Below, piece by piece: positions 1 to 8,894 of a stretch of DNA of 54,992 nt. The stretch's first letter is position 1. The number at the start of each line of letters is the position of its first letter. The stretch comes from a bacterium (GTDB lineage Bacteria; Hydrothermota; Tepidihabitantia; SM23-42): positions 1-54,992 of the forward strand of contig JAOZNQ010000001.1 in assembly GCA_029933705.1 (NCBI GenBank). Reading direction: 5' to 3'. A program made the position numbers and the translations under genes. The notes below the pieces were generated by a model, which had not been told where the DNA came from, did no database searches, and saw only the letters and a list, made by a program, of their open reading frames with translations.

Positions 1-991
1 AGTATACACTTCGGCCTTTATTCCTCCTTCCGGTAATAAAATTGAACCGTGGAATCATCACGGTTTCACCCTTTAAAATCCGATGCAGGTGTTGATTCAA
101 CAATTTTATATCAACCGCATTTATCGACTCAAAATCGAGCCTCCCGAATTTATCCTTTGGTGTCTGACTATGGGGAAGAAAATAATCATCGGTAGAGATT
201 GATAATGGTCTTATACCATTTACCAGCAATTGAATTGCAAGACGTTTTGTAAAGGTTGTCTTGCCCGCGCTACTCGGTCCTGCAATTAAAACCAATCTAC
301 TGTTCCTCTTTGTGATTTGATCCGCTATATAGACAATTTTCTTTTCATGGAGGGCTTCACTCACCTTGATGATTTCAGAACCCGTGCCCTTTTTTATTTG
401 ATAATTTAATTGACCCAAATCACTGACCCCCAGAATCTGTGCCCACTCTTCATGTTCACTGAAGATCCGGGCAAGTCGGGGTTGAGGAACATATTCGGGT
501 AGTCTTGATATATCCTGCCAGATAGGGAAGACCATCACAAATCCTGGGGCAAACTTTTTCAGGTAGAATTGTGATGCCTTGCCTGTAGTATTAAAGGGTG
601 GGACTAAAAAGATATCATAGATATCAAGTAGTGAATAGACTGTAACCTGGGGGATTCGGATGTTCTTTAAGAGTACAACTTTGTCTTCAAGCGCAGTTTT
701 TTCGAAAAGTTTAATCGCCTTGCTCCGTTGCAAAACCCGGGCATTAATCGGTAGATTCATTTCGATTATCTGACGCATCTTCTTATCAATCTTTTTGATG
801 TCGGTCTGGTTTATCCTTCTGTTCAAAAGGCAGTAAAAGCCCCGGCTCATTGAGTGTTCAATGCGCAGTTTTGCCTTTGGATACAGTTTTTTTATTGCGG
901 TATACAGAATAAATGAGAGCGTAGATTGATAACTACGCCAATGGTTCAGTCTTCGAAGGTCTTCAACCCCTTCTATGTCCTGTTCAAACAT
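1..991 (-). CDS. Uridine kinase / phosphoribulokinase-family nucleoside kinase (long form with ThrRS-SAD-like N-terminal region); C-terminus runs off the left window edge
   Basis: Absent from the supplied ORF track because no stop lies inside the window. My manual minus-strand translation from ATG 991-989 stays open to position 2, with an in-frame TAA immediately upstream at 994-992. Translation: MFEQDIEGVEDLRRLNHWRSYQSTLSFILYTAIKKLYP...RLVLIAGPSSAGKTTFTKRLAIQLLVNGIRPLSISTDDYF...LDFESINAVDIKLLNQHL. Walker A GPSSAGKTT is encoded at 254-280. The ORF overlaps the 3' end of yggS by 19 nt. Confidence 0.7.
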   Translation of the reverse strand, partial: MFEQDIEGVEDLRRLNHWRSYQSTLSFILYTAIKKLYPKAKLRIEHSMSRGFYCLLNRRINQTDIKKIDKKMRQIIEMNLPINARVLQRSKAIKLFEKTALEDKVVLLKNIRIPQVTVYSLLDIYDIFLVPPFNTTGKASQFYLKKFAPGFVMVFPIWQDISRLPEYVPQPRLARIFSEHEEWAQILGVSDLGQLNYQIKKGTGSEIIKVSEALHEKKIVYIADQITKRNSRLVLIAGPSSAGKTTFTKRLAIQLLVNGIRPLSISTDDYFLPHSQTPKDKFGRLDFESINAVDIKLLNQHLHRILKGETVMIPRFNFITGRRNKGRSVY

Positions 992-1671
992 TTATAGTCC
1001 CGCGGACCGAATATTGCAGTTCCCACCCTTATCAAATTTGAACCCTCTTCAATAGCCACCTCAAAATCCGATGTCATCCCCATTGAGAGTATCGGAAATG
1101 GTTGATCGAATGCCCGGGCGAGTTCATCGCGGAGTTCACGCAGGAGCCGAAAACAGGACCTTGATGCCTCTGGGTCCTGAATTGCCCAGCCTGGACCGAT
1201 AGTCATCAATCCGACAATATTTAACTGCTTAAAGGGATGCAGGGCTTCGTAGAATTGAATCAGTTCATTGGGTTTGATACCGAATTTTGAAGGCTCCTGA
1301 GAGGTGTTGACCTCGATAAGGCAATCGATCGGTTTTTCGGCCCGACGGTCAATCTCTCGGGCAAGCCTTATTGAATCGAGACTATGAATCATCCTGAAGA
1401 TCTTCAGGGCATCCTTAACCTTATTGGTCTGTAAATGTCCGACCATATGCCACTCAACCACATTCCCCAGGCGCACAAACTTCTGCTTTGCCTCCTGAAC
1501 GCGGTTTTCGCCGATTATCCGGATGCCTGACTCAACCGCCTCAAGAATTTTCTCCACAGGGAAGGTCTTGGCAACTGCCACTATGGTAATCTCATCCGGG
1601 GTGCGTCCTACTCGAGCTGCAGCCTCGGCAACCCTCTTATTCAATGCCTCAATATTTTCTCTTATTGACAT
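973..1671 (-). CDS. yggS: YggS-family pyridoxal-phosphate homeostasis protein (PLPBP)
   Basis: 232 aa. VAVAKTFP (PLP lysine context), HMVGHLQTNKVK and SMGMTSDFEVAIEEGSNLIRVGTAIFG are typical of the YggS/PROSC family. Confidence 0.9.
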   Translation of the reverse strand: MSIRENIEALNKRVAEAAARVGRTPDEITIVAVAKTFPVEKILEAVESGIRIIGENRVQEAKQKFVRLGNVVEWHMVGHLQTNKVKDALKIFRMIHSLDSIRLAREIDRRAEKPIDCLIEVNTSQEPSKFGIKPNELIQFYEALHPFKQLNIVGLMTIGPGWAIQDPEASRSCFRLLRELRDELARAFDQPFPILSMGMTSDFEVAIEEGSNLIRVGTAIFGPRDYKCLNRT

Positions 1672-1677
1672 AGCCCA

Positions 1678-1705
1678 ATTATACGAATTTACGGCATTAT
1701 GTCAA
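1678..1705 (-). promoter_or_regulatory. Sigma70-type promoter for yggS, leaderless geometry
   Basis: Minus strand reads TTGACA (1705-1700), a 16-nt spacer, TATAAT (1683-1678), 6 nt (tgggct), then ATG at 1671. Confidence 0.7.
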
Positions 1706-1725
1706 TTGTGGTGCCTGATGGAGTG

Positions 1726-2862
1726 TTAATCATTATCATTAAACTTGAATCGGGCGATGGTGAAGTTTCCTGAATATGCATTGGAGATTTTTTCAAAGGT
1801 CGGTTCATGGAAGAGGGTGTGGATGACTATGTCATCCTGGTCCAGAAATTTATTACCATTATCAAATGCAAGAATTGCGGCATGCCTCGACCACAGGACA
1901 ATGTTACCGGGAATGACCGCCTCATTGTTGTTACCGTCGAATTTAATCCGTGCACCGTTTTTTATATAAAAACCTTTATTATCAATACTGTCCGGGCTTG
2001 CGATTATATTTGCATAATGGAGCAGTGATTGACTGCCGGTATAGGGCATATCATAACCCGCCTTTCTGAAAATCCCGACCACAAAGTCGGCACAGTCCGC
2101 ACCGATATACTTCTCTGTCTGATGTTCACAGGGCCGGCCTGTCCTACTGGCGCTTCCCCAGATAAAAGGAAGGTTGAAGAATGAATATGCCCAGTCGATG
2201 ATTTTATTACCGGTATTTCCCCGAACACTGATACGATGGGCATCAATATCACCATCCTTTTTAACCGATTCTGCTCCGGGTGAAGAAATCATCTGGTTAT
2301 TGAACTTCACCTCCACTTTATACCGCATTGTGCCGAAAGGATGCGAGTCCAATTCCACCGGAATAACATCAGCTTTGATAATCCAGGTATTCGAACTATC
2401 CCAGACAAACTCTTTATAATTGAGCTTATCCCAGTGCCATATCTTTTTAAGAATACCATCTTTTTCAACCCAGTCTTCATTGCTATAGTATCTAAAACCG
2501 GTCTTCTTGTTGCCACGCACCGGCTCTACCTTATACCATAGAATCTTTATCTGTTCTAATCCGAAATCCTCAGGTGCTTCGGTCACAATCTCTTTGCCAC
2601 CTATTATCACCATTTCCCAGGGCGAGATAAAGAACTTCTTATTGTCCTTTTCGAACTCGACGACCAGACCGAGGAACGCCTCTTCGCTATCCAATACCGG
2701 ATATTTGGGTTGACTCGAGGGGACCCCTGAATCTACCTGACAATTGACCGGAAAGACCCTGGATACGATATATACCCTTTCAATCGATTGACCACTGAGG
2801 TGCGTAAGGAACACGCCAAATAGTATTCCGGGCAATAGTTTAGAGAACTTTTTTCTGTCCAT
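1726..2862 (-). CDS. Secreted protein with C-terminal NlpC/P60-like cysteine peptidase domain
   Basis: Cys motif GADCADFVVGIFRKAGY, His motif VLWSRHAAILAF, and a third polar residue in IVIHTLF. I moved the start to ATG 2862 (MDRKKFSKLLPGILFGVFLTHLSG, a signal peptide) because a promoter sits inside the 22-codon extension called in the ORF track (1726..2928). Confidence 0.6.
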   Translation of the reverse strand: MDRKKFSKLLPGILFGVFLTHLSGQSIERVYIVSRVFPVNCQVDSGVPSSQPKYPVLDSEEAFLGLVVEFEKDNKKFFISPWEMVIIGGKEIVTEAPEDFGLEQIKILWYKVEPVRGNKKTGFRYYSNEDWVEKDGILKKIWHWDKLNYKEFVWDSSNTWIIKADVIPVELDSHPFGTMRYKVEVKFNNQMISSPGAESVKKDGDIDAHRISVRGNTGNKIIDWAYSFFNLPFIWGSASRTGRPCEHQTEKYIGADCADFVVGIFRKAGYDMPYTGSQSLLHYANIIASPDSIDNKGFYIKNGARIKFDGNNNEAVIPGNIVLWSRHAAILAFDNGNKFLDQDDIVIHTLFHEPTFEKISNAYSGNFTIARFKFNDND

Positions 2863-2867
2863 TTTCA

Positions 2868-2895
2868 ATATTACATCAGTTTTTGTAAAAATCAA
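2868..2895 (-). promoter_or_regulatory. Sigma70-type promoter for the NlpC/P60-like gene, leaderless geometry
   Basis: Minus strand reads TTGATT (2895-2890), a 16-nt spacer, TAATAT (2873-2868), 5 nt (tgaaa), then ATG at 2862. Confidence 0.6.
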
Positions 2896-2924
2896 GAACC
2901 GATATAGATTAAAGTATGAAGTTT

Positions 2925-4043
2925 TCAACGGATTCGTGAAGAGCGAAGTTCTGAGCCCTTTATGATTCTGGTGCCGGGATAGTAGTGGCGTAGTATTTCA
3001 CGGTAGTTTTTGCCCTGGCGTGCCATTTCCAGGGCGCCAAATTGACACATCCCTACACCATGACCGAACCCCCTGCCTTCGATTATCAAATTTTCGCCTT
3101 TTATCTTGAAGTATATATAATTCGAAGGTAATAATCCACCTGGGTCCTGTGGAGAACCCAGAATACTACGCACATCATATCCCGGAATCGCATATTTTCG
3201 TCTGGTGGTTATGACCACAAGCTGTCTTATTCGACCACTCCTTGGGTTTCTGAGAATCCTTAAACTCTTAATTACCTCATTCAATGGTATCACAATTCCA
3301 ACCTTCTTGATATTTTCTCTTAATCGGGGAAAAAATTCTTTTGTTAAATAAGTTTTTTGCCAGCGGAAATGTGGACTCTTGCTGCAGTAAGGACATCTGA
3401 CACTTCTCAAATAGGGTGGGGCAGGTCCTGGCCAGGCATCATTGAAGTCTGCGGTCCTGCCACCACAGGTGGAGTGGTATTTTGCTTCTATCGGCTTATT
3501 ATGATAAACGAGAATTTCCCCGCGTGTCTGTTCAATCGCAATATTTATCAGACTATCTTCACCACTTTCGCCCAGATAGACCTGGTCCTGGACTGTGGCA
3601 TAGAGGTCAAAGCCGAGTTCCTGATAATTGTTGAGATGGGCATAGGTATAGGTGCGTGCGGCAACAGCCTGGGCCTTTGCCGCGGCAAGTAGATTCGGGG
3701 TAATTTTACCCAGTTCAGCAGGGACAACACCTTTTAGATAATCTTCGATTTTCAGGACATTTATTGCCCAGAGTTTCCCGCCAATCTTTTTCAGAACTAC
3801 AGTGCCCCGGTATTTTCGACCGTTCACATAGACACCACCACGGTAATACATAGGAAACCTGTGGTTGATAAGAATCTCTTCAGTTTGAGAAGCGTCCGCC
3901 TCTTTGATGCGGATACTTTCGGCACCGCAGACAATTGCTACTCTCACCATCCGCGGAACCCTCTGCTTTCTTACATAACCGAGACAGTTCAACAAAAATA
4001 TGACTACAAAAATTATATGATAGGGTCTTATGTATCTCTTCAT
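2925..4043 (-). CDS. SpoIID/LytB-domain peptidoglycan lytic enzyme / amidase enhancer
   Basis: 372 aa with an N-terminal TM or signal segment. AKAQAVAARTYTYAH and AKYHSTCGGRTADF are hallmark SpoIID-domain motifs. Confidence 0.8.
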   Translation of the reverse strand: MKRYIRPYHIIFVVIFLLNCLGYVRKQRVPRMVRVAIVCGAESIRIKEADASQTEEILINHRFPMYYRGGVYVNGRKYRGTVVLKKIGGKLWAINVLKIEDYLKGVVPAELGKITPNLLAAAKAQAVAARTYTYAHLNNYQELGFDLYATVQDQVYLGESGEDSLINIAIEQTRGEILVYHNKPIEAKYHSTCGGRTADFNDAWPGPAPPYLRSVRCPYCSKSPHFRWQKTYLTKEFFPRLRENIKKVGIVIPLNEVIKSLRILRNPRSGRIRQLVVITTRRKYAIPGYDVRSILGSPQDPGGLLPSNYIYFKIKGENLIIEGRGFGHGVGMCQFGALEMARQGKNYREILRHYYPGTRIIKGSELRSSRIR

Positions 4044-4495
4044 CCTATTTTTTTATCGAGGATGGTCTTCAGTTCCTTCATCATCCGTTGATAATGGGTT
4101 CCCTTCCAGTAGACCCGCTGACATCTTTCACACTGGGCAAATTCATCGAAGTTTTTATAAGTGAAATAGGGAACTTTCTCTTTAATCGATTCCTTGTTGA
4201 CGGGTTTGAGTTTTTCATTACAGAGCAGACACCGGCTGAATGGCGAAATTTCCTTATGCAGGTTAAATTTATCAATTACCTCTTTAATCTGTGATAAAGG
4301 TTCGTCCGGTTCGATGAAGAATGTCGATTCCTGATTCAGCAATCTTCGGTTTTTGGTAAGGATTATGCGTCCTTCCCGTCGTGCCTCAAGGAGAATTTTT
4401 ATTCCCTGATTTGAATATTCTGTATCGATGCCACATATCCTCATCAGCCTGCATAATCTACCCAGCATCCCATCACAGATAAATTTCTTTGCCAT
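4040..4495 (-). CDS. Mut7-C RNase-domain (DUF82, PIN-like) protein with C-terminal zinc ribbon
   Basis: 151 aa. N-terminal FICDGMLGRLCRLMRICGIDT is typical of the Mut7-C family. C-terminal CLLCN...CERCQRVYWKGTHY forms a CxxC...CxxC ribbon. Overlaps the SpoIID start by 4 nt. Confidence 0.65.
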   Translation of the reverse strand: MAKKFICDGMLGRLCRLMRICGIDTEYSNQGIKILLEARREGRIILTKNRRLLNQESTFFIEPDEPLSQIKEVIDKFNLHKEISPFSRCLLCNEKLKPVNKESIKEKVPYFTYKNFDEFAQCERCQRVYWKGTHYQRMMKELKTILDKKIG

Positions 4496-5443
4496 TCAGG
4501 GCAATTCCATAAGGCAATTGAACAGCAGAAGGAGGCGATTCGGATTCTGCTCCAGGATATTTATTGCCTGATTCAACATAATCAGTGTATTGACAATCTT
4601 CTTTACAGAAAGCCGCCGGGCCTTTTTTACTATATCTTTTGGAAAAGGTACATCGTCAACCAGTTTTAATTTTTTATATAGAGTAATTCGATAGAGGAGG
4701 AGCAGGGGATAGAATAGGTCGAGGATATTTTTTCGCTCAAAGTTCCGGGCAATGGATGCTGATTTCCTTGGCATCAGGGGTGCGGCACGGAAGATTTCGA
4801 TTACCGGTTCAATAAGTTCTTTCTCACGCAGGCGTAAAATTTCACCCGGGCTACCCAGGAGATATTCATCATGTCCATCATAGATAATTTTCTCAATATC
4901 ATCAGGCCGGAGATAACCGAAGGGAAGAATCTGACACCGGGAACGTATTGTGGGAAGCAGAAAGTTCACACGCGACGAAGTAAGAATAAAGATTGTATCA
5001 ACCGGTGGTTCTTCCAGGGTCTTCAGAAACGAGTTTGCTGCGGCATCGGTCATCCTGTCGGCCTCAAGGATTAATACTACCCTTTTGGTCCCTTTTCCAG
5101 GCATATGGAGGAGCCTTTCAATCACCCGCCTTATCTGTTCAATATGGATTGAGGAACGTTCTTCGAGTTCAACCAGAGGATTGGTTGGTAGATACTGATT
5201 TAAATACTCTTCCAGTTTTTTACCTTTTTCTTTGAGTTTTGAAGGGATCGGGGCAACAAGGATAAAGTTCTGGGAATTATATGGGCAACCCAAGGCTCGG
5301 GCAAGGGCAAATGCGAACCGTCTCTTTCCTACACCCTTAGGCCCGACTAAGAGTAGGTTATAAAGATTTCCTTTATGCAGGGCAGTGGTAACAAACTGTT
5401 TTATTGATGACTGGTTGATAATCTCAGAAAAGTAATCTGCCAT
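4496..5443 (-). CDS. holB: DNA polymerase III subunit delta-prime (clamp-loader AAA+)
   Basis: 315 aa. LLLVGPKGVGKRRFAFALARAL (P-loop), TLEEPP, and TIRSRCQ (SRC motif). Confidence 0.8.
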   Translation of the reverse strand: MADYFSEIINQSSIKQFVTTALHKGNLYNLLLVGPKGVGKRRFAFALARALGCPYNSQNFILVAPIPSKLKEKGKKLEEYLNQYLPTNPLVELEERSSIHIEQIRRVIERLLHMPGKGTKRVVLILEADRMTDAAANSFLKTLEEPPVDTIFILTSSRVNFLLPTIRSRCQILPFGYLRPDDIEKIIYDGHDEYLLGSPGEILRLREKELIEPVIEIFRAAPLMPRKSASIARNFERKNILDLFYPLLLLYRITLYKKLKLVDDVPFPKDIVKKARRLSVKKIVNTLIMLNQAINILEQNPNRLLLLFNCLMELP

Positions 5444-5451
5444 CCGTTATT

Positions 5452-5479
5452 ATTATAATGGAAAATTGCTGATGGTCAA
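5452..5479 (-). promoter_or_regulatory. Sigma70-type promoter for holB, leaderless geometry; overlaps the hflX stop codon
   Basis: Minus strand reads TTGACC (5479-5474), a 16-nt spacer, TATAAT (5457-5452), 8 nt (aataacgg), then ATG at 5443. Confidence 0.65.
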
Positions 5480-6582
5480 GATGTGTGGTGGAAAAAGTAT
5501 TCTTTAAGATAGACCTTTATTTCATCTATACCCAGACCCTGGGTTGCCGAAATCAGGAAAGCTTCGGGAAACTTTCTTTTAAAGCGTTCTTTTTCTTCTT
5601 CAAAGAGGCGGTCGATTTTGTTGAGAAGCAGGAGTTTCGGCTTCTCGTGGGCTCCAATCTCTTTCAGGACATTATCTACAGTTGCAATACGGAGTTCCAG
5701 GGACTGGGCTGTGCTGTCGACAATATGGAGCAGGAGGTCGGATTCAATGACCTCGGCAAGTGTTGCATGAAAAGAGGCAATAAGATTATGAGGCAGGGCC
5801 TTGAGAAAGCCTACTGTATCACTGATTAGGATACGGTGATGTGGTGGAATGAAGAGAAGTTTTGTGTTGGAATCGAGGGTCGAAAATAGATAATCCGCGG
5901 TAAGGAGGTGAGCCCGGGTCAGGGCATTGACAAGTGATGATTTGCCAGCATTGGTATAGCCGACCACTGCCACCTTGGGCAATCCCTGCCGTGCCTTCCG
6001 CTGGGTCTTCTTAGAGCTTTCTATCTTTTTAAGAGCCTTTTTTAATGTAGCAATCCGCTGTTTTATTCTTCGGCGGTCAATTTCCAGTTTCTTTTCGCCT
6101 GGTCCACGAGTTCCAATCCCACCACCCAGGCGTGAATACTCCAAACCCAGACCAACAAGCCGGGGGAGGCGATATTCTAATTGAGCGAGTTCAACCTGGA
6201 GTCTTGCTTCCTTGGTTCGGGCATGTTTGGCAAAGATATCCAGAATCAATGCGGTACGGTCAATCACCCTTATCCCGATTATCTCTTCGATATTTCTTAT
6301 CTGGGCAGGACTTAGTTCGGTATCGAAGATTAAAAGGTCAATATTCAGTTCTTCGCATATCTTACCAAGTTCCTTCACCTTTCCGGTGCCGATCAGGGTT
6401 GAAGGGTTGAACCTCGGTTTTATCTGAATGAAACTCTCAATCACCCGACCCCCTGCGGTTTTTGTGAGGTTGGCCAGTTCTTCAAGAGATTCCATTACCT
6501 GCCAGCGCTCTTCACGGCGTTGGGTCATACCAATGAGTAAGACACGCTCCTTCTGCTCCATTTTCTGAACTTGCGTTTTCAA
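5476..6582 (-). CDS. hflX: GTPase HflX
   Basis: G1 VGYTNAGKSSL, G3 DTVGF, G4 NKID, plus an HflX N-terminal domain. The track start at 6582 is TTG and overlaps the upstream stop. ATG at 6561 (MEQKERVLLIG) is an alternative start. Confidence 0.9.
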   Translation of the reverse strand: MKTQVQKMEQKERVLLIGMTQRREERWQVMESLEELANLTKTAGGRVIESFIQIKPRFNPSTLIGTGKVKELGKICEELNIDLLIFDTELSPAQIRNIEEIIGIRVIDRTALILDIFAKHARTKEARLQVELAQLEYRLPRLVGLGLEYSRLGGGIGTRGPGEKKLEIDRRRIKQRIATLKKALKKIESSKKTQRKARQGLPKVAVVGYTNAGKSSLVNALTRAHLLTADYLFSTLDSNTKLLFIPPHHRILISDTVGFLKALPHNLIASFHATLAEVIESDLLLHIVDSTAQSLELRIATVDNVLKEIGAHEKPKLLLLNKIDRLFEEEKERFKRKFPEAFLISATQGLGIDEIKVYLKEYFFHHTS

Positions 6583-7160
6583 TTCTTCTTGGTCTGTTTG
6601 TAGATATAGATGATACGGTGCAGCGCAGTTTCGAATGTTCCAACGACAATTACTATCAAAAAATATACCATAATCTTTGGTCCAAAAAATGAACCGATAA
6701 AAAGGAGGATGAAGCGCACCAGACGTTGAAATATTCCTACTTGGGGGGAAATTCCCAGCCCTTCACCCCGGGCACGGGTGTAACTGACCATCATCGAACC
6801 GAATAGTGCCAGCATAATCCAGAAAAGTACATAAGGTGTTCGAGTATAATAATATAAGAAGAGGCCCAGGTATATCAGAAACTCATTTATTCGGTCTACT
6901 GTTGAATCAAGAAAACCACCCAGTTTGGTTATATGATTCATCTGGCGTGCGATTTCTCCATCAAAGGTGTCGAATATTCCGCACAAGAATAGAAAAATTG
7001 CTCCGAGCCAGAATGTGCCATTTTTATAGCATAGAAAGGCGATGACTGCAAAGAAGAGGCTGGTAATCGTTATGGTATTGGGACTGATATGGAGTAGCAT
7101 CAGGGGCTGGACCATCGGACGGACCAGAAATCTACGGGCAAGGGATTTAATCTTTTCCAT
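6579..7160 (-). CDS. CDP-alcohol phosphatidyltransferase family protein
   Basis: 193 aa, multi-TM. Contains [10 protein letters not shown]...[13 protein letters not shown], matching the D-x2-DG-x2-AR...G-x3-D-x3-D signature. Confidence 0.8.
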   Translation of the reverse strand: MEKIKSLARRFLVRPMVQPLMLLHISPNTITITSLFFAVIAFLCYKNGTFWLGAIFLFLCGIFDTFDGEIARQMNHITKLGGFLDSTVDRINEFLIYLGLFLYYYTRTPYVLFWIMLALFGSMMVSYTRARGEGLGISPQVGIFQRLVRFILLFIGSFFGPKIMVYFLIVIVVGTFETALHRIIYIYKQTKKN

Positions 7161-7818
7161 TACTACCAGCGATTACGAGGGTGAATTCTCCCCGTGTTTT
7201 TTTGAGCCCGGCGAGTACTTCACTCAGCCTACCCCGTTGCACGGTTTCATAATATTTGGTCAATTCCCGACAGAGCACAACCTGGCGGTCGCCGATTATC
7301 TCAAGCAGTTCACTTAACAACCGTTTGATCCTCTGTGGTGATTCGTAGATTACAGTGGTGCGGGTCTCATATTTCAGGGATTTCAGACGTTGAATCCGGG
7401 CTCCCTTTTTTCTGGGCAGGAAGCCTTCAAAGATAAACCTGTTAGCAGGCAGACCAGAGACGGTCAATGCGGTTATTACCGCACTGGGGCCGGGGATCGC
7501 CTGAACCTTGATATGTTGCTGAATTGCAGTCCGAATAAGTAGATAACCTGGATCCGAGATGACTGGTGTTCCTGCATTGCTGATTAAGGCAATCTTCTTA
7601 CCCGAACTTAATTTTTTTATAATACCAGGGATTCTCTTTTTTTCGTTATGTTCATAAAGGGAGAGGAGCGGTTTCGAGATTTCATATCGTTTTAACAGAA
7701 TTCCTGCCCGTCGTGTATCCTCACAGACGATAAGGTCAACATTTTTTAATATCTCAATGGCACGGAAAGTAATATCATTCAAATTTCCAATCGGTGTTGC
7801 AATGATATAAAGGGACAT
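7147..7818 (-). CDS. rsmI: 16S rRNA (cytidine1402-2'-O)-methyltransferase
   Basis: 223 aa. [21 protein letters not shown] and [11 protein letters not shown] (tetrapyrrole-methylase fold, RsmI family). Confidence 0.9.
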   Translation of the reverse strand: MSLYIIATPIGNLNDITFRAIEILKNVDLIVCEDTRRAGILLKRYEISKPLLSLYEHNEKKRIPGIIKKLSSGKKIALISNAGTPVISDPGYLLIRTAIQQHIKVQAIPGPSAVITALTVSGLPANRFIFEGFLPRKKGARIQRLKSLKYETRTTVIYESPQRIKRLLSELLEIIGDRQVVLCRELTKYYETVQRGRLSEVLAGLKKTRGEFTLVIAGSNGKD

Positions 7819-8768
7819 TAAATTTTTAATTTTGTGTAGTCAAAAAATTTCAGGGTCTTCAGGGCAAAACGGTAATCATTCAGGGCCTTCTTGGCGATTA
7901 CCGCACTTTCCTTGCCCAGGAATGTAGCGAATGATTCATAGATGATATCAAACCAGCGTGCCATACCCTGGGCAAAGCTTAGGGGCTCGACCACAACCTT
8001 GCCGCTGACTTCCAGCTCTGAATTTATTTTGAAATTTTCGATGAAAGGAAATTCTTTCTGGGCGGTGGAACGGGCACTCACTGCGGTCCTCAGAACCAAA
8101 CTCTTACCTAGGGGATGGGCATACTTTTTCAGAAGGTTCGAAAATATTTTGCAGAACATCTCCACCTGAGCCGGGGTAGCCTGCTTTACCTCGACCTCTT
8201 CACCTCGATCAAAGATTGAGATTGTCAGATTGGGCCGCATCAGGAACGGAATAATCTCTTTTTCCGAAAGTTTTTTACTCGCACCCGCAACATAACACCC
8301 GGTTATCTCTCCCTGCTCAAAATTGATGAACGATTCCTCCATCCCCGAGACAACCCATATAAATCCATCAAACTTGGTGCTTTTTAACTTGTCGATAAAT
8401 ATTTTCGGTTGAACACGGGAAAGGTCAAGGTTTGCCTTTATTGGCTTTCTTGTGATCGAGGCAATAATCATCTGGAGTAAACCTTCGTCTGTGGCGTATT
8501 CAGAAAGGATTCCACTTGTTGCATTCTTTGCCTTTTCAATCACCTCACTGATGGAGACGATCTCCCTTTTATTTACTGAAATCCGGGCTGCATTGAACGG
8601 TTCGCCCTGCCTCAAGAAGATGAGTTCCTGAACATCGGGATAGATAATCGAAATATACCCTGAAATCCGGTGTGCCCTTTCCCTTTTTGAGGCACTGAGC
8701 ACATTGTCAAGATTGATAAATTCCAATCTGGTATTTTCCAGAATCGGCCTTCCCTTAGGAAACTTCAT
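7818..8768 (-). CDS. Hypothetical cytoplasmic protein with an internally duplicated small module
   Basis: 316 aa with no motif I can assign. Two similar segments, [28 protein letters not shown] and [29 protein letters not shown], suggest a tandem domain duplication. Its stop overlaps the rsmI start (TAATG). Confidence 0.5.
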   Translation of the reverse strand: MKFPKGRPILENTRLEFINLDNVLSASKRERAHRISGYISIIYPDVQELIFLRQGEPFNAARISVNKREIVSISEVIEKAKNATSGILSEYATDEGLLQMIIASITRKPIKANLDLSRVQPKIFIDKLKSTKFDGFIWVVSGMEESFINFEQGEITGCYVAGASKKLSEKEIIPFLMRPNLTISIFDRGEEVEVKQATPAQVEMFCKIFSNLLKKYAHPLGKSLVLRTAVSARSTAQKEFPFIENFKINSELEVSGKVVVEPLSFAQGMARWFDIIYESFATFLGKESAVIAKKALNDYRFALKTLKFFDYTKLKI

Positions 8769-8774
8769 TAGGCT

Positions 8775-8803
8775 ATATTATCATAAAAATTTAGAAAAGT
8801 CAA
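8775..8803 (-). promoter_or_regulatory. Sigma70-type promoter for the 316-aa hypothetical gene (head of the operon reaching at least to hflX), leaderless geometry
   Basis: Minus strand reads TTGACT (8803-8798), a 17-nt spacer, TAATAT (8780-8775), 6 nt (agccta), then ATG at 8768. Confidence 0.6.
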
Positions 8804-8862
8804 GCAAAAAAATCTCAACTTTTCTTCCCCTTTTTGAAAGATTGGTATATTTCGTTCAAACC

Positions 8863-8890
8863 TTGACTTTATTGTTGATTTATATAAAAT
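8863..8890 (+). promoter_or_regulatory. Sigma70-type promoter for the 431-aa TPR/coiled-coil gene
   Basis: TTGACT (8863-8868), a 16-nt spacer, TAAAAT (8885-8890). The in-frame TTG at 8895 lies 4 nt downstream and the in-frame ATG at 8907 lies 16 nt downstream. Confidence 0.55.
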
Positions 8891-8894
8891 AGTC

